From assembly GCF_013791765.1 (NCBI RefSeq), contig NZ_VMTC01000112.1: a DNA stretch of 64,000 bases. One strand, given 5' to 3'. Below, piece by piece: positions 10,026 through 20,020 of the stretch. The first letter of the stretch is position 1, and each line of letters opens with the position of its first letter. The notes beneath the pieces are model-generated. The model worked only from the letters and a program-made list of their open reading frames with translations. It made no database searches and was not told the DNA's origin. Source of the DNA: Rhodoferax sp. Lineage in GTDB: Bacteria > Pseudomonadota > Gammaproteobacteria > Burkholderiales > Burkholderiaceae_C. Both the position numbers and the translations under genes were made by a program.

Positions 10026-11480
10026 TCAGCATTCTTCAGCCCAGCAATAACCGTCACGCGCGATCATGGCGCTGGACGCACTCGGCCCCCAAGTGCCGGC
10101 CGCGTACAGGCGGGGGCCCTGGGCGTCGTTTTGCCAGTGATCCAGAATGGGTTCGACCCAGCGCCAGGCTTCTTCCTGCTCGTCACTGCGCACAAACAGG
10201 TTCAGGCGCCCGTCGATGACATCCAGCAGCAGGCGTTCATAGGCGCCAACGCGCCCGGAGCCAAAGCGCGTGTCAAAGTCAAGATCAAGTTGCACCGGCG
10301 ACAGGGTCTGGGAGTTGCGCCGGTTGCTTTGCCCCTGCGCCAACAGGTGCAGTTCCAGCCCGTCCTTGGGCTGCAGGTTGATCACCAGCCGATTGGCATC
10401 GCCAATTTGCGAATTGAAGATGGCATGTGGCGTTGGGCGAAAGTTCACCACAATGCGGGCGTCGCGCCCGGCCAGGCGCTTGCCGGTGCGGATGTAAAAG
10501 GGCACGCCAGCCCAGCGCCAGTTCGAGATTTCAGTGCGCAGCGCGACAAAGGTCTCGGTCCGGCTGTGTGGGTCAACCCCTGGCTCGTCGCGGTAGGCTG
10601 CCACGGGTGCGCCGTCGATGGAGCCCGCTGCGTACTGACCGCGTATTACGTCCTGCGCGAGCGATTCGGCGCTCCAGGGTTTGAGCGAGCGCAGCACCTT
10701 GAGCTTTTCGTCGCGAATGGCATCGGCATGGGTGTTGATGGGCGGCTCCATGCCAATGGCGCACAGCAACTGCAGCGCGTGGTTTTGCACCATGTCGCGC
10801 AGCGCGCCAGTGGTCTCGTAAAAGGCACCGCGAGTCTCCACACCCAATTCTTCAGCAATCGTGATCTGGATATTGGCAATGTGCTCGCGCCGCCACAAGG
10901 GCTCAAACAGCGCATTGCCAAAGCGCAGCGCAAACAGGTTTTGCACCGAGGGCTTGCCCAGGTAGTGGTCGATGCGAAAAATATGCTTCTCGCCAAACAC
11001 CTGGCTGACGGTGTGGTTGATGGCGCGGTTGCTGGCAAGATCATGGCCCAGCGGCTTTTCCAGCACCACGCGGGTTTGCGGCGTATTCAGGCCACAAACA
11101 GCCAACTGCTCGCACACGGTGGTGAACAGCGCGGGTGCGGTGGCAACGTACATCACCACGGTGTCGGCCGGGCGCTCGGCCAGTTTGCCCACCAGACGGG
11201 CGTAGTCTGCGGGGTGGGACAAATCCATCTGCACGAATTCAAGCAGCGTCGCGAACCGGCAGAACTCTTCTTGGCTGGGGCGCTTGGCCAACTCCACCTG
11301 GTCGAAGCGCGCACAAATCTGGGCCCGGTACTGCTCTTTGCTGAGGTCGTCGCGGCCCACGCCAATGATGCGGCCATCCGCTGGCAGCGTGCCATGGCGA
11401 AAGGCTTGAAACAGCGCCGGCATCAACTTGCGCCAGGCGAGGTCGCCAGTGCCGCCAAACAAAACAAGGTCAAAACTCAT
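10026..11480 (-). CDS. zwf: Glucose-6-phosphate 1-dehydrogenase, 484 aa
   Basis: LVLFGGTGDLAWRKLMPALF NADP-binding N-terminus and the RIDHYLGK active-site motif. Confidence 0.95.
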   Translation of the reverse strand: MSFDLVLFGGTGDLAWRKLMPALFQAFRHGTLPADGRIIGVGRDDLSKEQYRAQICARFDQVELAKRPSQEEFCRFATLLEFVQMDLSHPADYARLVGKLAERPADTVVMYVATAPALFTTVCEQLAVCGLNTPQTRVVLEKPLGHDLASNRAINHTVSQVFGEKHIFRIDHYLGKPSVQNLFALRFGNALFEPLWRREHIANIQITIAEELGVETRGAFYETTGALRDMVQNHALQLLCAIGMEPPINTHADAIRDEKLKVLRSLKPWSAESLAQDVIRGQYAAGSIDGAPVAAYRDEPGVDPHSRTETFVALRTEISNWRWAGVPFYIRTGKRLAGRDARIVVNFRPTPHAIFNSQIGDANRLVINLQPKDGLELHLLAQGQSNRRNSQTLSPVQLDLDFDTRFGSGRVGAYERLLLDVIDGRLNLFVRSDEQEEAWRWVEPILDHWQNDAQGPRLYAAGTWGPSASSAMIARDGYCWAEEC

Positions 11481-11516
11481 GCTTGAAAATAGATTGGAAT
11501 GAAAAAAGAACCTGAA

Positions 11517-11531
11517 TGTAACTTAGTTTCA
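11517..11531. promoter_or_regulatory. Candidate HexR operator half-palindrome in the zwf/tal divergent promoter region
   Basis: TGTAAC-TTA-GTTTCA is one mismatch from a perfect TGTAAC-N3-GTTACA palindrome. It resembles the TGTAAT..ATTACA-type HexR boxes I recall for proteobacteria. Weak, from memory only. Confidence 0.25.
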
Positions 11532-11597
11532 TGATTATTAAAAAATCTTGTAACCAGTCTGTGCGCGGTGTCGATGGCAGCGCCTGATAATGAGTGC

Positions 11598-12545
11598 ATG
11601 AACCAACTCGATGCGCTCAAACAATTCACCACCGTAGTGGCCGACACCGGCGACTTCAAGCAGATTGAAGCCTACCAGCCCACGGATGCCACGACCAACC
11701 CGTCGCTGGTCCTCAAGGCAGTGCAAAAGCCCGATTACCGCACGCTGCTCACGGACACCGTGGCGCAGTTCCGGGGGCGCCCGCTCGATGAGCTGATGGA
11801 CCGCTTGCTGGTGCGTTTTGGCTGCGAGATTCTGTCGATCATTCCCGGACGCGTCTCGACCGAAGTGGATGCGCGCCTGAGTTTTGACACCGTCGCCAGC
11901 GTGGTGCGCGCCGAGCGCCTGATCGAGTTGTACCAGGCGCAGGGCATTCACATCGACCGGGTGTTGATCAAGGTGGCCGCCACCTGGGAGGGCATGCTGG
12001 CTGCCGAGCAGCTGGAGCGCCGTGGCATTCACACCAACCTGACGCTGCTGTTCTCGTTCTGCCAGGCGGTGGTGTGCGCGCAGGCCAAGGCGCAGTTGAT
12101 TTCGCCCTTTGTCGGGCGCATTTACGACTGGTACAAAAAGTCAGCCGGTGCGGACTGGGTCGAGGCTGACAACGCCGGCGCCAACGATCCCGGCGTGCGG
12201 TCGGTGACGCAGATCTACAACTACTACAAGAAGTTTGGCATTGCCACCGAGATCATGGGCGCGAGCTTTCGCAATGTGGGGCAGATCACCGCGCTGGCGG
12301 GTTGCGACCTGCTCACTATCAGCCCGGATTTGCTCTCTACCCTGGCCGCGAGCCAGGCGCCGCTGCCGTGCGCGCTCGACGCCAACGCCGCCAAAGCGCT
12401 GGACCTGAGTCCGGTGAATTATGACGAAGCGAGCTTTCGCTTTGCGCTCAATGAAGATGCCATGGCGACAGAAAAGCTGGCCGAAGGCATCCGCGCCTTT
12501 TGCGTGGATGCGGCCAAGCTGGACCAGCTGCTGCTGGCGGCCTGA
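11598..12545 (+). CDS. tal: Transaldolase (TalB type), about 315 aa
   Basis: [20 protein letters not shown]...ATTNPSL typical N-terminus from ATG 11598. The track ORF starts 30 nt earlier. Confidence 0.92.
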   Translation: MNQLDALKQFTTVVADTGDFKQIEAYQPTDATTNPSLVLKAVQKPDYRTLLTDTVAQFRGRPLDELMDRLLVRFGCEILSIIPGRVSTEVDARLSFDTVASVVRAERLIELYQAQGIHIDRVLIKVAATWEGMLAAEQLERRGIHTNLTLLFSFCQAVVCAQAKAQLISPFVGRIYDWYKKSAGADWVEADNAGANDPGVRSVTQIYNYYKKFGIATEIMGASFRNVGQITALAGCDLLTISPDLLSTLAASQAPLPCALDANAAKALDLSPVNYDEASFRFALNEDAMATEKLAEGIRAFCVDAAKLDQLLLAA

Positions 12546-12567
12546 TCAATCAATGGAGGAATTCGCC

Positions 12568-14220
12568 ATGACAAGCACCCGTTGTGACCGCAGCGCTGCC
12601 TGGAGCGCCTTGCAGACGGCCTATGCCCAGAAAGGCCAGGCTTTCGACCTGCGCCAGGCCTTTGCCCAGGACGCGGGCCGCTTTGCGGCCTTGAGCCAAA
12701 GCGCCCCCCATGTGTTTGCGGATTTGTCCAAGAACCTGATCGACGACACAACCCAGCAACTGCTGCTGGAGCTGGCGCGCCAGACCGGGGTGGCGCAGCA
12801 CCGCGACGCGATGTTTGCCGGCGAAAGAATCAACAGCACCGAAGAGCGTGCGGTCATGCACTGGTTGCTCAGGACGCCGCCGATTGATCCCGCCATGCCG
12901 GCGCAGTCCGTGCACCGGCACATGGCCGAGACGCTGCACGAGGTCCACAGGACGCTGGACGCCATGCTGGCGTTTGCTGAAGTGGTGCGTGCGGATGAGC
13001 GCATCACCGACATCGTCAACATCGGCATTGGCGGCTCCGACCTCGGGCCGCAGATGGCGGTGCTGGCGCTGGACGCGTTTGTGCTACCGGGCAAACGTTT
13101 TCACTTCGTCTCGAATGTGGACGGGCATGAACTGGCCGGCGTGCTCAGCAAAGTCAAGCCCGAAAGCACGCTGTTCCTGATTGCCAGCAAGACCTTCACC
13201 ACCATCGAGACCATGACCAATGCCGAGTCGGCCAAGCGCTGGTTCCTGCGCGAAGGTGGCACGGACATTGGTCGGCATTTCGCGGCACTCACGACCAACG
13301 TGGCAGCCGCCAACGACTTTGGCGTCAAGACCACCTTCGGCTTTTGGGACTGGGTGGGCGGGCGCTATTCAGTCTGGTCGGCCATTGGCCTGCCGCTGGC
13401 GATTGCCATTGGCGCTGCAGGCTTTCGCCAATTTCTGGCCGGTGCGCACGCCATGGACGAGCACTTCCGCAGCGCACCGCTGGAACGCAATCTGCCGGTG
13501 CGCCTGGGGCTGCTCGACGTCTGGTACCGCAACTTTCACGGTTTCACCAGCCGCAGCATTGCGCCGTACCACAGCGCGCTCAAGCGCTATCCGGCCTATT
13601 TGCAGCAGTTGGAAATGGAGAGCAACGGCAAGCGCGTCGATGCGAATGGGGAGGCGCTGCCCTATGACACGGCGCCGGTGCTGTGGGGCGAGCCCGGCAC
13701 CAACGGCCAGCACGCCTATTTTCAGATGCTGCACCAGGGCACGGACGTGGTGCCGGTCGAGTTCGTTGCGGTCAAGCACCCAAAACACGACTTGCCCGGC
13801 CACCACGACTTGTTGCTGGCCAATGCGCTGGCACAGGCGCAGGCGCTGATGGTCGGCAAGAGCGCCGACGCCGGGCCGCCCCAAGGCGGCGCAGCCCCCC
13901 CGGGGGGAAGCGATCCACATGCAATGGGCGAGCGTGGGGGTCATGTACATGCGGGCGGGCACAAGGACTTTCCTGGCAACCGGCCCAGCACCTTTTTGCT
14001 GCTCGATGAACTGAGCCCCGCCAGTCTGGGCGCACTGATTGCCTTGCAGGAGCATCGTGTCTTTGTTAGCGGATCGGTCTGGGGCATCAACAGCTTTGAC
14101 CAATGGGGCGTGGAACTGGGCAAGGTGCTGGCCAGGGATGTGGCGGCGCGTCTGGCCGCCGGCAACGTCACAGGGCTCGATGGCTCCACGGCGGGACTGC
14201 TGGCTCGATTGCGGGATTGA
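12568..14220 (+). CDS. pgi: Glucose-6-phosphate isomerase, 550 aa
   Basis: ATG 12568 is preceded by GGAGGA. The track ORF 12421.. is an upstream extension overlapping tal. Pgi motifs IGIGGSDLGP, FIASKTFTT and ESNGK are present. Confidence 0.92.
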   Translation: MTSTRCDRSAAWSALQTAYAQKGQAFDLRQAFAQDAGRFAALSQSAPHVFADLSKNLIDDTTQQLLLELARQTGVAQHRDAMFAGERINSTEERAVMHWLLRTPPIDPAMPAQSVHRHMAETLHEVHRTLDAMLAFAEVVRADERITDIVNIGIGGSDLGPQMAVLALDAFVLPGKRFHFVSNVDGHELAGVLSKVKPESTLFLIASKTFTTIETMTNAESAKRWFLREGGTDIGRHFAALTTNVAAANDFGVKTTFGFWDWVGGRYSVWSAIGLPLAIAIGAAGFRQFLAGAHAMDEHFRSAPLERNLPVRLGLLDVWYRNFHGFTSRSIAPYHSALKRYPAYLQQLEMESNGKRVDANGEALPYDTAPVLWGEPGTNGQHAYFQMLHQGTDVVPVEFVAVKHPKHDLPGHHDLLLANALAQAQALMVGKSADAGPPQGGAAPPGGSDPHAMGERGGHVHAGGHKDFPGNRPSTFLLLDELSPASLGALIALQEHRVFVSGSVWGINSFDQWGVELGKVLARDVAARLAAGNVTGLDGSTAGLLARLRD

Positions 14221-14340
14221 TCGTGGCGATGCGGGGAGCTCGGAACAGCGACTGCGCGGCGGGCTCATGCTGCCAAATGCGCAGAAATCGCCCGCCACGC
14301 AGCCGCTGCTCCCGTGAGGCATAGCAGCCTGAAATGTCCG

Positions 14341-14976
14341 ATGACTATCGTTTTTGACTTTGGCGCGGTGCTGTTCACCTGGCGACCGGCGGACCTGCTG
14401 CGTCGTCATTTTCCAGTGCGCGCGGCCTCAGCGCCTCAGGCGGCAGAACTGGCGCAGGCGGTGTTTTCTCACGCCGACTGGCACCAGTTTGACCGGGGCG
14501 TGCTGGCGATGGATGCCGTGGTGACGCGGACCGCCGCGCGGCTTGGCCTGGCGCCCGCTGCGCTCACGCGGATGATGGAAAGCATCCCGGACCATCTGGC
14601 GCCGATGCAAGATACCCTGGCCCTGCTGACGCAGTTGCGCGCGCTGCTCGAGCAGCAGGCCCAGGCGTCCAAGCTCTACTTTTTGTCCAATATGCCCGCG
14701 CCCTACGCCCGCGCGCTGGTGCAGCGCCATGATTTTTTACAGTGCTTTGACGGCGGCGTCTTCTCCAGTGAGGTGGCGCTGATCAAGCCCGAAGCCGAAA
14801 TCTACGCGCTGATAGAGCGACGCTACGCCTTGGCGCCAGCCAGCACTATTTTCATTGATGACAATGCGGCCAATGTGCACGCGGCGCAGGCGCGGGGCTG
14901 GCGGGGCATCCGGTTTGAATCGGCGTCGCAACTGCAAGCTGAGTTAGCTCAGCATGACCTGGTGTTGTGGCCCTGA
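14341..14976 (+). CDS. HAD-superfamily hydrolase, about 211 aa
   Basis: MTIVFDFGAVLF (HAD motif I DxG), later SNMP and FIDDNAANV motifs. ATG 14341 is preferred over the track start 14314. Confidence 0.75.
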   Translation: MTIVFDFGAVLFTWRPADLLRRHFPVRAASAPQAAELAQAVFSHADWHQFDRGVLAMDAVVTRTAARLGLAPAALTRMMESIPDHLAPMQDTLALLTQLRALLEQQAQASKLYFLSNMPAPYARALVQRHDFLQCFDGGVFSSEVALIKPEAEIYALIERRYALAPASTIFIDDNAANVHAAQARGWRGIRFESASQLQAELAQHDLVLWP

Positions 14977-14994
14977 CAGGGAGTCGTATTTGAA

Positions 14995-15235
14995 GTGACG
15001 CAGCGTCGCTTGCTAGGTCGCGCGGCCGACGTCCTGCATGTCACTGCGGTGAAGGCCGACTCCAGAATCAGCGCGCCGCAATCCTGAGGCGCCTTTAAGC
15101 GGCTGACCAGGCCCACTGCAACACTGCTGCCCATGGCGTGGCCGTAGAGGACTCGCTGGCTGACGTGCGGTTCTCGTCCCAGGCGGGGAGCGCCATTACC
15201 GGGCTTTTTGGCACTGCAGGCTTGATGTGTCAGCT
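14995..15235 (-). pseudogene. Possible relic of an alpha/beta-hydrolase gene
   Basis: Reverse-strand reading gives ...AKKPGNGAPRLGREPHVSQRVLYGHAMGSSVAVGLVSRLK....GALILESAFTAV... This resembles the nucleophile-elbow region of alpha/beta hydrolases, but with Ala in the Ser position. There is no start codon, a stop lies upstream, and the tail is degenerate. Confidence 0.3.
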
Positions 15236-15261
15236 CAACGCCTCATTCAAATGAGAGCGCA

Positions 15262-15337
15262 ATAATGGCGAGATTTATGAATGAAATCTGCCTCTAGCCC
15301 GCGTCGAATAACAACAAGTAGCTATATATTAAATAGC
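15262..15337 (+). repeat. Copy 1 of the dispersed AT-rich element (core GCCTCTAGCCC-N18-TAGCTAT)
   Basis: GCCTCTAGCCC at 15290-15300, an exact 18-nt spacer, TAGCTAT at 15319-15325, and AT-rich flanks. Intergenic, just beyond the groEL terminator. Confidence 0.8.
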
Positions 15338-15367
15338 AAAAAACCCGCAAAGCGCGAGCCCTGCGGG
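15338..15367 (-). terminator. Rho-independent terminator downstream of groEL
   Basis: Stem CCCGCA/TGCGGG with a 12-nt loop, followed on the minus strand by T6. Confidence 0.65.
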
Positions 15368-15504
15368 TTTATTGATTTGGTATCGAGCGCCATAACGCCG
15401 CTCAACGCCGCATGACGGTCTACAGCTAGGCGTCTGGGTGCAGACTGTAGCAGCGCGACAGTCAACCCAAACAACGACACCGCAGGCCGTCAAGCCAGGC
15501 ACAC

Positions 15505-17166
<1,662 letters not shown>

Positions 17167-17241
17167 CTAAAATTTAAGTGAAATGAATCGCCAGCCCGCA
17201 TGGATCATGCGTAGCTCGCTATTAATTTAGTTTTGAATTGC

Positions 17242-17532
17242 TTACTTCTCGACAACCGCAAACAGGTCGTCTTCTTTCATGACCAACAGTTCGTCGCCCG
17301 CCACCTTGACGGTTTGGCCGCTGTACTTGCCGAACAGGACGCGGTCGCCGACCTTGACGGCCATCGGGCTGATTTCACCCTTGTCGTTCTTCTTGCCAGG
17401 GCCAACGGCCAGCACTTCACCTTGATCGGGCTTTTCAGCAGCGCTGTCAGGAATGACGATGCCAGAGGCGGTTTTGGTTTCGTTTTCTACGCGTTTGACA
17501 ATCACGCGATCGTGCAGGGGACGAAGTTTCAT
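17242..17532 (-). CDS. groES: Co-chaperonin GroES, 96 aa
   Basis: [16 protein letters not shown]... from ATG 17532, preceded by AAGGAG. The track ORF is extended upstream to 17640. Confidence 0.97.
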   Translation of the reverse strand: MKLRPLHDRVIVKRVENETKTASGIVIPDSAAEKPDQGEVLAVGPGKKNDKGEISPMAVKVGDRVLFGKYSGQTVKVAGDELLVMKEDDLFAVVEK

Positions 17533-17633
17533 GGGAGCTCCTTGGTTTTGAAACAGGGGTTTAAGGCATGAACTGCCAATAATCTGGCAGCCATCGTTAA
17601 CTTGAAGCGCTAAAGCGCAAAGATTTGACTCTG

Positions 17634-17660
17634 TTAGCACTCAACGCTTACGAGTGCTAA
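17634..17660. promoter_or_regulatory. CIRCE operator (HrcA binding site) upstream of groES
   Basis: TTAGCACTC-N9-GAGTGCTAA is a perfect match to both arms of the CIRCE consensus, about 100 nt upstream of the groES ATG. Confidence 0.9.
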
Positions 17661-17688
17661 TGATAAGGCCGTTTGAGAGACTTTCAAG
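17660..17688 (-). promoter_or_regulatory. Candidate sigma-32 type heat-shock promoter of groESL
   Basis: The minus strand reads CTTGAAA-N13-CCTTATCAT (consensus CTTGAAA-N13/14-CCCCATNT). The -10 element abuts CIRCE. Confidence 0.5.
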
Positions 17689-17864
17689 AGGCAGTTCGTA
17701 AAAACTGCCGGGCCGCTATTGACTGGCTGCCATTGATTGTGGCAAGCGGGGTGCTCTTTGACCCCTTGAAGACAGCACCGAGTCACCCGGTGCCAGCTGA
17801 CATTGGGTCAGCGTTTTACGAACACATATCAGGGCTGCGGAACTGCGCAAATTTCTAATTTCGT

Positions 17865-17952
17865 TGGCGGAAGCTTAGGGATTCGAACCCTAGAAACCTT
17901 TCGGTTTGCCGGTTTTCAATACCGGTGCAATCGACCACTCTGCCAAGCTTCC
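17865..17952 (-). tRNA. tRNA-Ser (anticodon UGA), 88 nt with long variable arm and encoded CCA
   Basis: The reverse complement is GGAAGCTTGGCAGAGTGGTCGATTGCACCGGTATTGAAAACCGGCAAACCGAAAGGTTTCTAGGGTTCGAATCCCTAAGCTTCCGCCA. It has a 7-bp acceptor stem, anticodon loop ATTGAAA and a GGTTCGAATCC T-arm. Confidence 0.93.
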
Positions 17953-18130
17953 AAGTCGCATATTCTAGCTGGCTTACTGCCCGGTGCTGGCTCTTGCGAC
18001 AAGGCATTGAGTTGGCACCGCCCTCACTCAAAGGGCCAACGCGTACCACGCGGCGCTCGTCGGTGGCCAAGATGCGTGACCCATGACTGCGTCTACCGAC
18101 GGTTCCTGCAGTCGGTGCCAAAATCAAGGC

Positions 18131-18433
18131 ATGCAAAAGCCTCATCTACCACCGAGTGCGCCACCTGGCGCGGCCCCCACCCAAGTCCGCAACCCTCTGC
18201 ATGGGCTGACCCTGGAGACCATTGTTACCGCCCTGGTCGCGCACTATGGCTGGCTGGGACTTGCCGAGCGCATCCCAGTGCGTTGTTTCATGAGCGACCC
18301 CAGCATTGCGTCAAGTCTGAAATTTTTGCGTAAAACGCCCTGGGCCCGCGACAAAGTGGAGGGCCTCTATCTCTTCATGTTGCGCGAAGCGCGTCGTGGC
18401 GGCATTGCTCGTTCACCAGTGCCACGGGTCTGA
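18131..18433 (+). CDS. VF530/DUF2132-family small protein, about 100 aa
   Basis: NPLHGLTLETIVTALVAHYGWLGLAERIPVRCFMSDPSIASSLKFLRKTPWARDKVEGLY matches my memory of the DUF2132 family. ATG 18131 is preferred. Confidence 0.65.
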   Translation: MQKPHLPPSAPPGAAPTQVRNPLHGLTLETIVTALVAHYGWLGLAERIPVRCFMSDPSIASSLKFLRKTPWARDKVEGLYLFMLREARRGGIARSPVPRV

Positions 18434-18725
18434 ATCTGCCGGCCTACAGCAGGAGCTCATTGATGATGCTGACTTGGGGCTTGATCATCTTGATTGCCGT
18501 GGTGCTACTTTGGGCTGGGCCGTGTTCGCATTGCCGATCCCGCGTTGCAGCACATGCAGCTGGTGGAAGTCAGCGCGGGAAAGATTGGGTCGATTAGCTC
18601 GACAACAGTGCATTTTTTACAGCCGGAGCGTTTGCTAACGTTGCAGTTGAGCGCGAGGCCCCCTGAGCCTGTTACTGACACAATGCCGGGTATACGCCGC
18701 AGCCCGGCCCTTTTGGAGTTTCAAC

Positions 18726-19103
18726 ATGAAGACACGACCTGTTAACAGCCTTCGCCATTTTTCGCGTATCCCCTTTGCCGCTGAGGTGTCGCTGCAATTG
18801 CACGACCGCACCCTCCAGGTGCACCTGATCGACATCGCGCTCAAGGGCGCCTTGGTTCAGAGCCCATCAGCGCAAGCGCTGACGTTGCAGGAAAAATGCC
18901 GTTTGCTGCTGCCGCTGGCCGACGGGGGCGAGGCGATCGAGATGGCCGGAAAGGTTGTGCACCTGGAAGGTGAGCGCATTGGCATTGAGTGTCAGGACAT
19001 TGATGTACTCAGCATGACCCGCTTGCGCCGACTGCTTGAACTCAATGCAGGGGACGCCGATCAGATCAACCTGGAGCTTGCCCAGTTGTTTGCCAGGCCA
19101 TGA
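18726..19103 (+). CDS. PilZ-domain protein (c-di-GMP receptor type), 125 aa
   Basis: RHFSR (RxxxR) followed by DIALKGALV (D/NxSxxG-like) about 25 residues later. Confidence 0.7.
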   Translation: MKTRPVNSLRHFSRIPFAAEVSLQLHDRTLQVHLIDIALKGALVQSPSAQALTLQEKCRLLLPLADGGEAIEMAGKVVHLEGERIGIECQDIDVLSMTRLRRLLELNAGDADQINLELAQLFARP

Positions 19104-19151
19104 GCGGCGCCGGTGAAGCGGGGCGCATGCCGAAGCACGATTCGCGAAGAA

Positions 19152-19228
19152 CTTTAGATGTTTTAGGCTTCTAGCCCACGCAGAATAAGCATTCTTTGCT
19201 ATCTAAATAATATCTTTAAAAGTGTTTC
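19152..19228 (+). repeat. Copy 2 of the dispersed AT-rich element
   Basis: TTTAGATGTTTTAG-GCTTCTAGCCC (19167-19177), an exact 18-nt spacer, TTGCTAT (19196-19202), and an AT-rich tail. Intergenic, after the PilZ gene. Confidence 0.75.
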
Positions 19229-19243
19229 TGCAGATCGATCAGA

Positions 19244-19618
19244 TCATTGGCTTGCCAGTTGCTGGCTTGGGGTATTGGTGAAGCTGTTGTCGTTGGCGAG
19301 CAAGTTCAATTGCAGCAGGCAACGGTCGCTGGCGTCCCGACCCGGCAAAACTTTGCAGCGCATCATCTCCGCCGTCTGATGGGCGTTGGCCTTGTGCCGC
19401 AATTGACCTTGCTGGACGGCGTCATGCACGACCTGATGAAAGACCATCAGCATGCCCAGTATGACAAGACTGCCAAAAAGGGTGAGCCAAAGCGGTGACT
19501 GCATCCCAGCTGCTAAGAGGTCCCGGCCTAGCGGAGGAGTGCGTTGACGTGCGGCGAAGTCGTCGACTTGGCCGGGCGGCAAAGTGAGGCTGGTGCTAAG
19601 GTGTTTCATGAAGGGCAT
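19244..19618 (-). CDS. Hypothetical membrane protein, 124 aa
   Basis: Track ORF with one clear hydrophobic helix (LWLTLFGSLVILGMLMVF). No recognisable family. Confidence 0.45.
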   Translation of the reverse strand: MPFMKHLSTSLTLPPGQVDDFAARQRTPPLGRDLLAAGMQSPLWLTLFGSLVILGMLMVFHQVVHDAVQQGQLRHKANAHQTAEMMRCKVLPGRDASDRCLLQLNLLANDNSFTNTPSQQLASQ

Positions 19619-19790
19619 ACTGATTCGGCAGCGCGGAGTGCGTACCGGTTGGATGCGAATGTAGGGAGGCCTTGCCTGGGCGTCTGTGCGCTAGCTCACG
19701 TTGTAGCAAATTCGCGACTGAGGCGACTCGGACCTTGTCTTGGCTTGGCCCAAATGGGGTTCGGACCGAAACTTCGGGTCCAATACGGGC

Positions 19791-20009
19791 ATGGACAAAC
19801 TGAACGATACCGAACAACGCTTGATGGAACTTGAGGTCAAGGCCTCTTTCACCGAAGACCTGCTGGATCAGTTGGACCAGGTCATCGTGCGTCAACAGGA
19901 GCAGATTGATCAGCTGGTTCGTGAATTGGCGCAGCTTCGCCAGCAGCCTGGTGACGCGGGCTCAGGCGGACTGCGCCCCGCGAGCGAAGATTTGCCACCT
20001 CACTATTGA
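19791..20009 (+). CDS. slyX: SlyX-family coiled-coil protein, 72 aa
   Basis: MDKLNDTEQRLMELEVKASFTEDLLDQLDQVIVRQQEQIDQLVRELAQLRQQ is the typical SlyX pattern. ATG 19791 lies within track ORF 19740..20009. Confidence 0.8.
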   Translation: MDKLNDTEQRLMELEVKASFTEDLLDQLDQVIVRQQEQIDQLVRELAQLRQQPGDAGSGGLRPASEDLPPHY

Positions 20010-20020
20010 GACGGGTCGAC

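Noticed and set aside
9978-11486. A 502-aa plus-strand ORF, and similar long ORFs at 13369..14409(-), 32597..34018(+), 48000..49121(+), 37771..38601(-), 39328..40086(-), 7200..7886(+), 21871..22650(+), 31181..31837(-), 58879..59610(-) and 61696..62568(-)
   Set aside because: All are antisense to genes with unmistakable family signatures (zwf, pgi, mltD, hppA, the RND pump, glucokinase, methyltransferase, binding protein, giant ORF). Their translations are Arg/Ala/Gly/His-rich low-complexity, which is the usual shadow-ORF artefact of high-GC DNA.
12421-12567. Upstream extension of the pgi ORF overlapping tal; likewise 35920..36114 (the adaptor ORF overlapping rnhA) and 51856..52392 (the cheW ORF running antisense through WS/DGAT)
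   Set aside because: Internal ATGs with Shine-Dalgarno sequences give the canonical N-termini. The extensions overlap well-supported genes.
18463-18597. 44-codon ORF with SD (MMLTWGLIILIAVVLLWAGPCSHC...)
   Set aside because: It has one hydrophobic helix followed by Arg/Ala-rich sequence. There is no conservation evidence available and it overlaps two other equally poor track ORFs.
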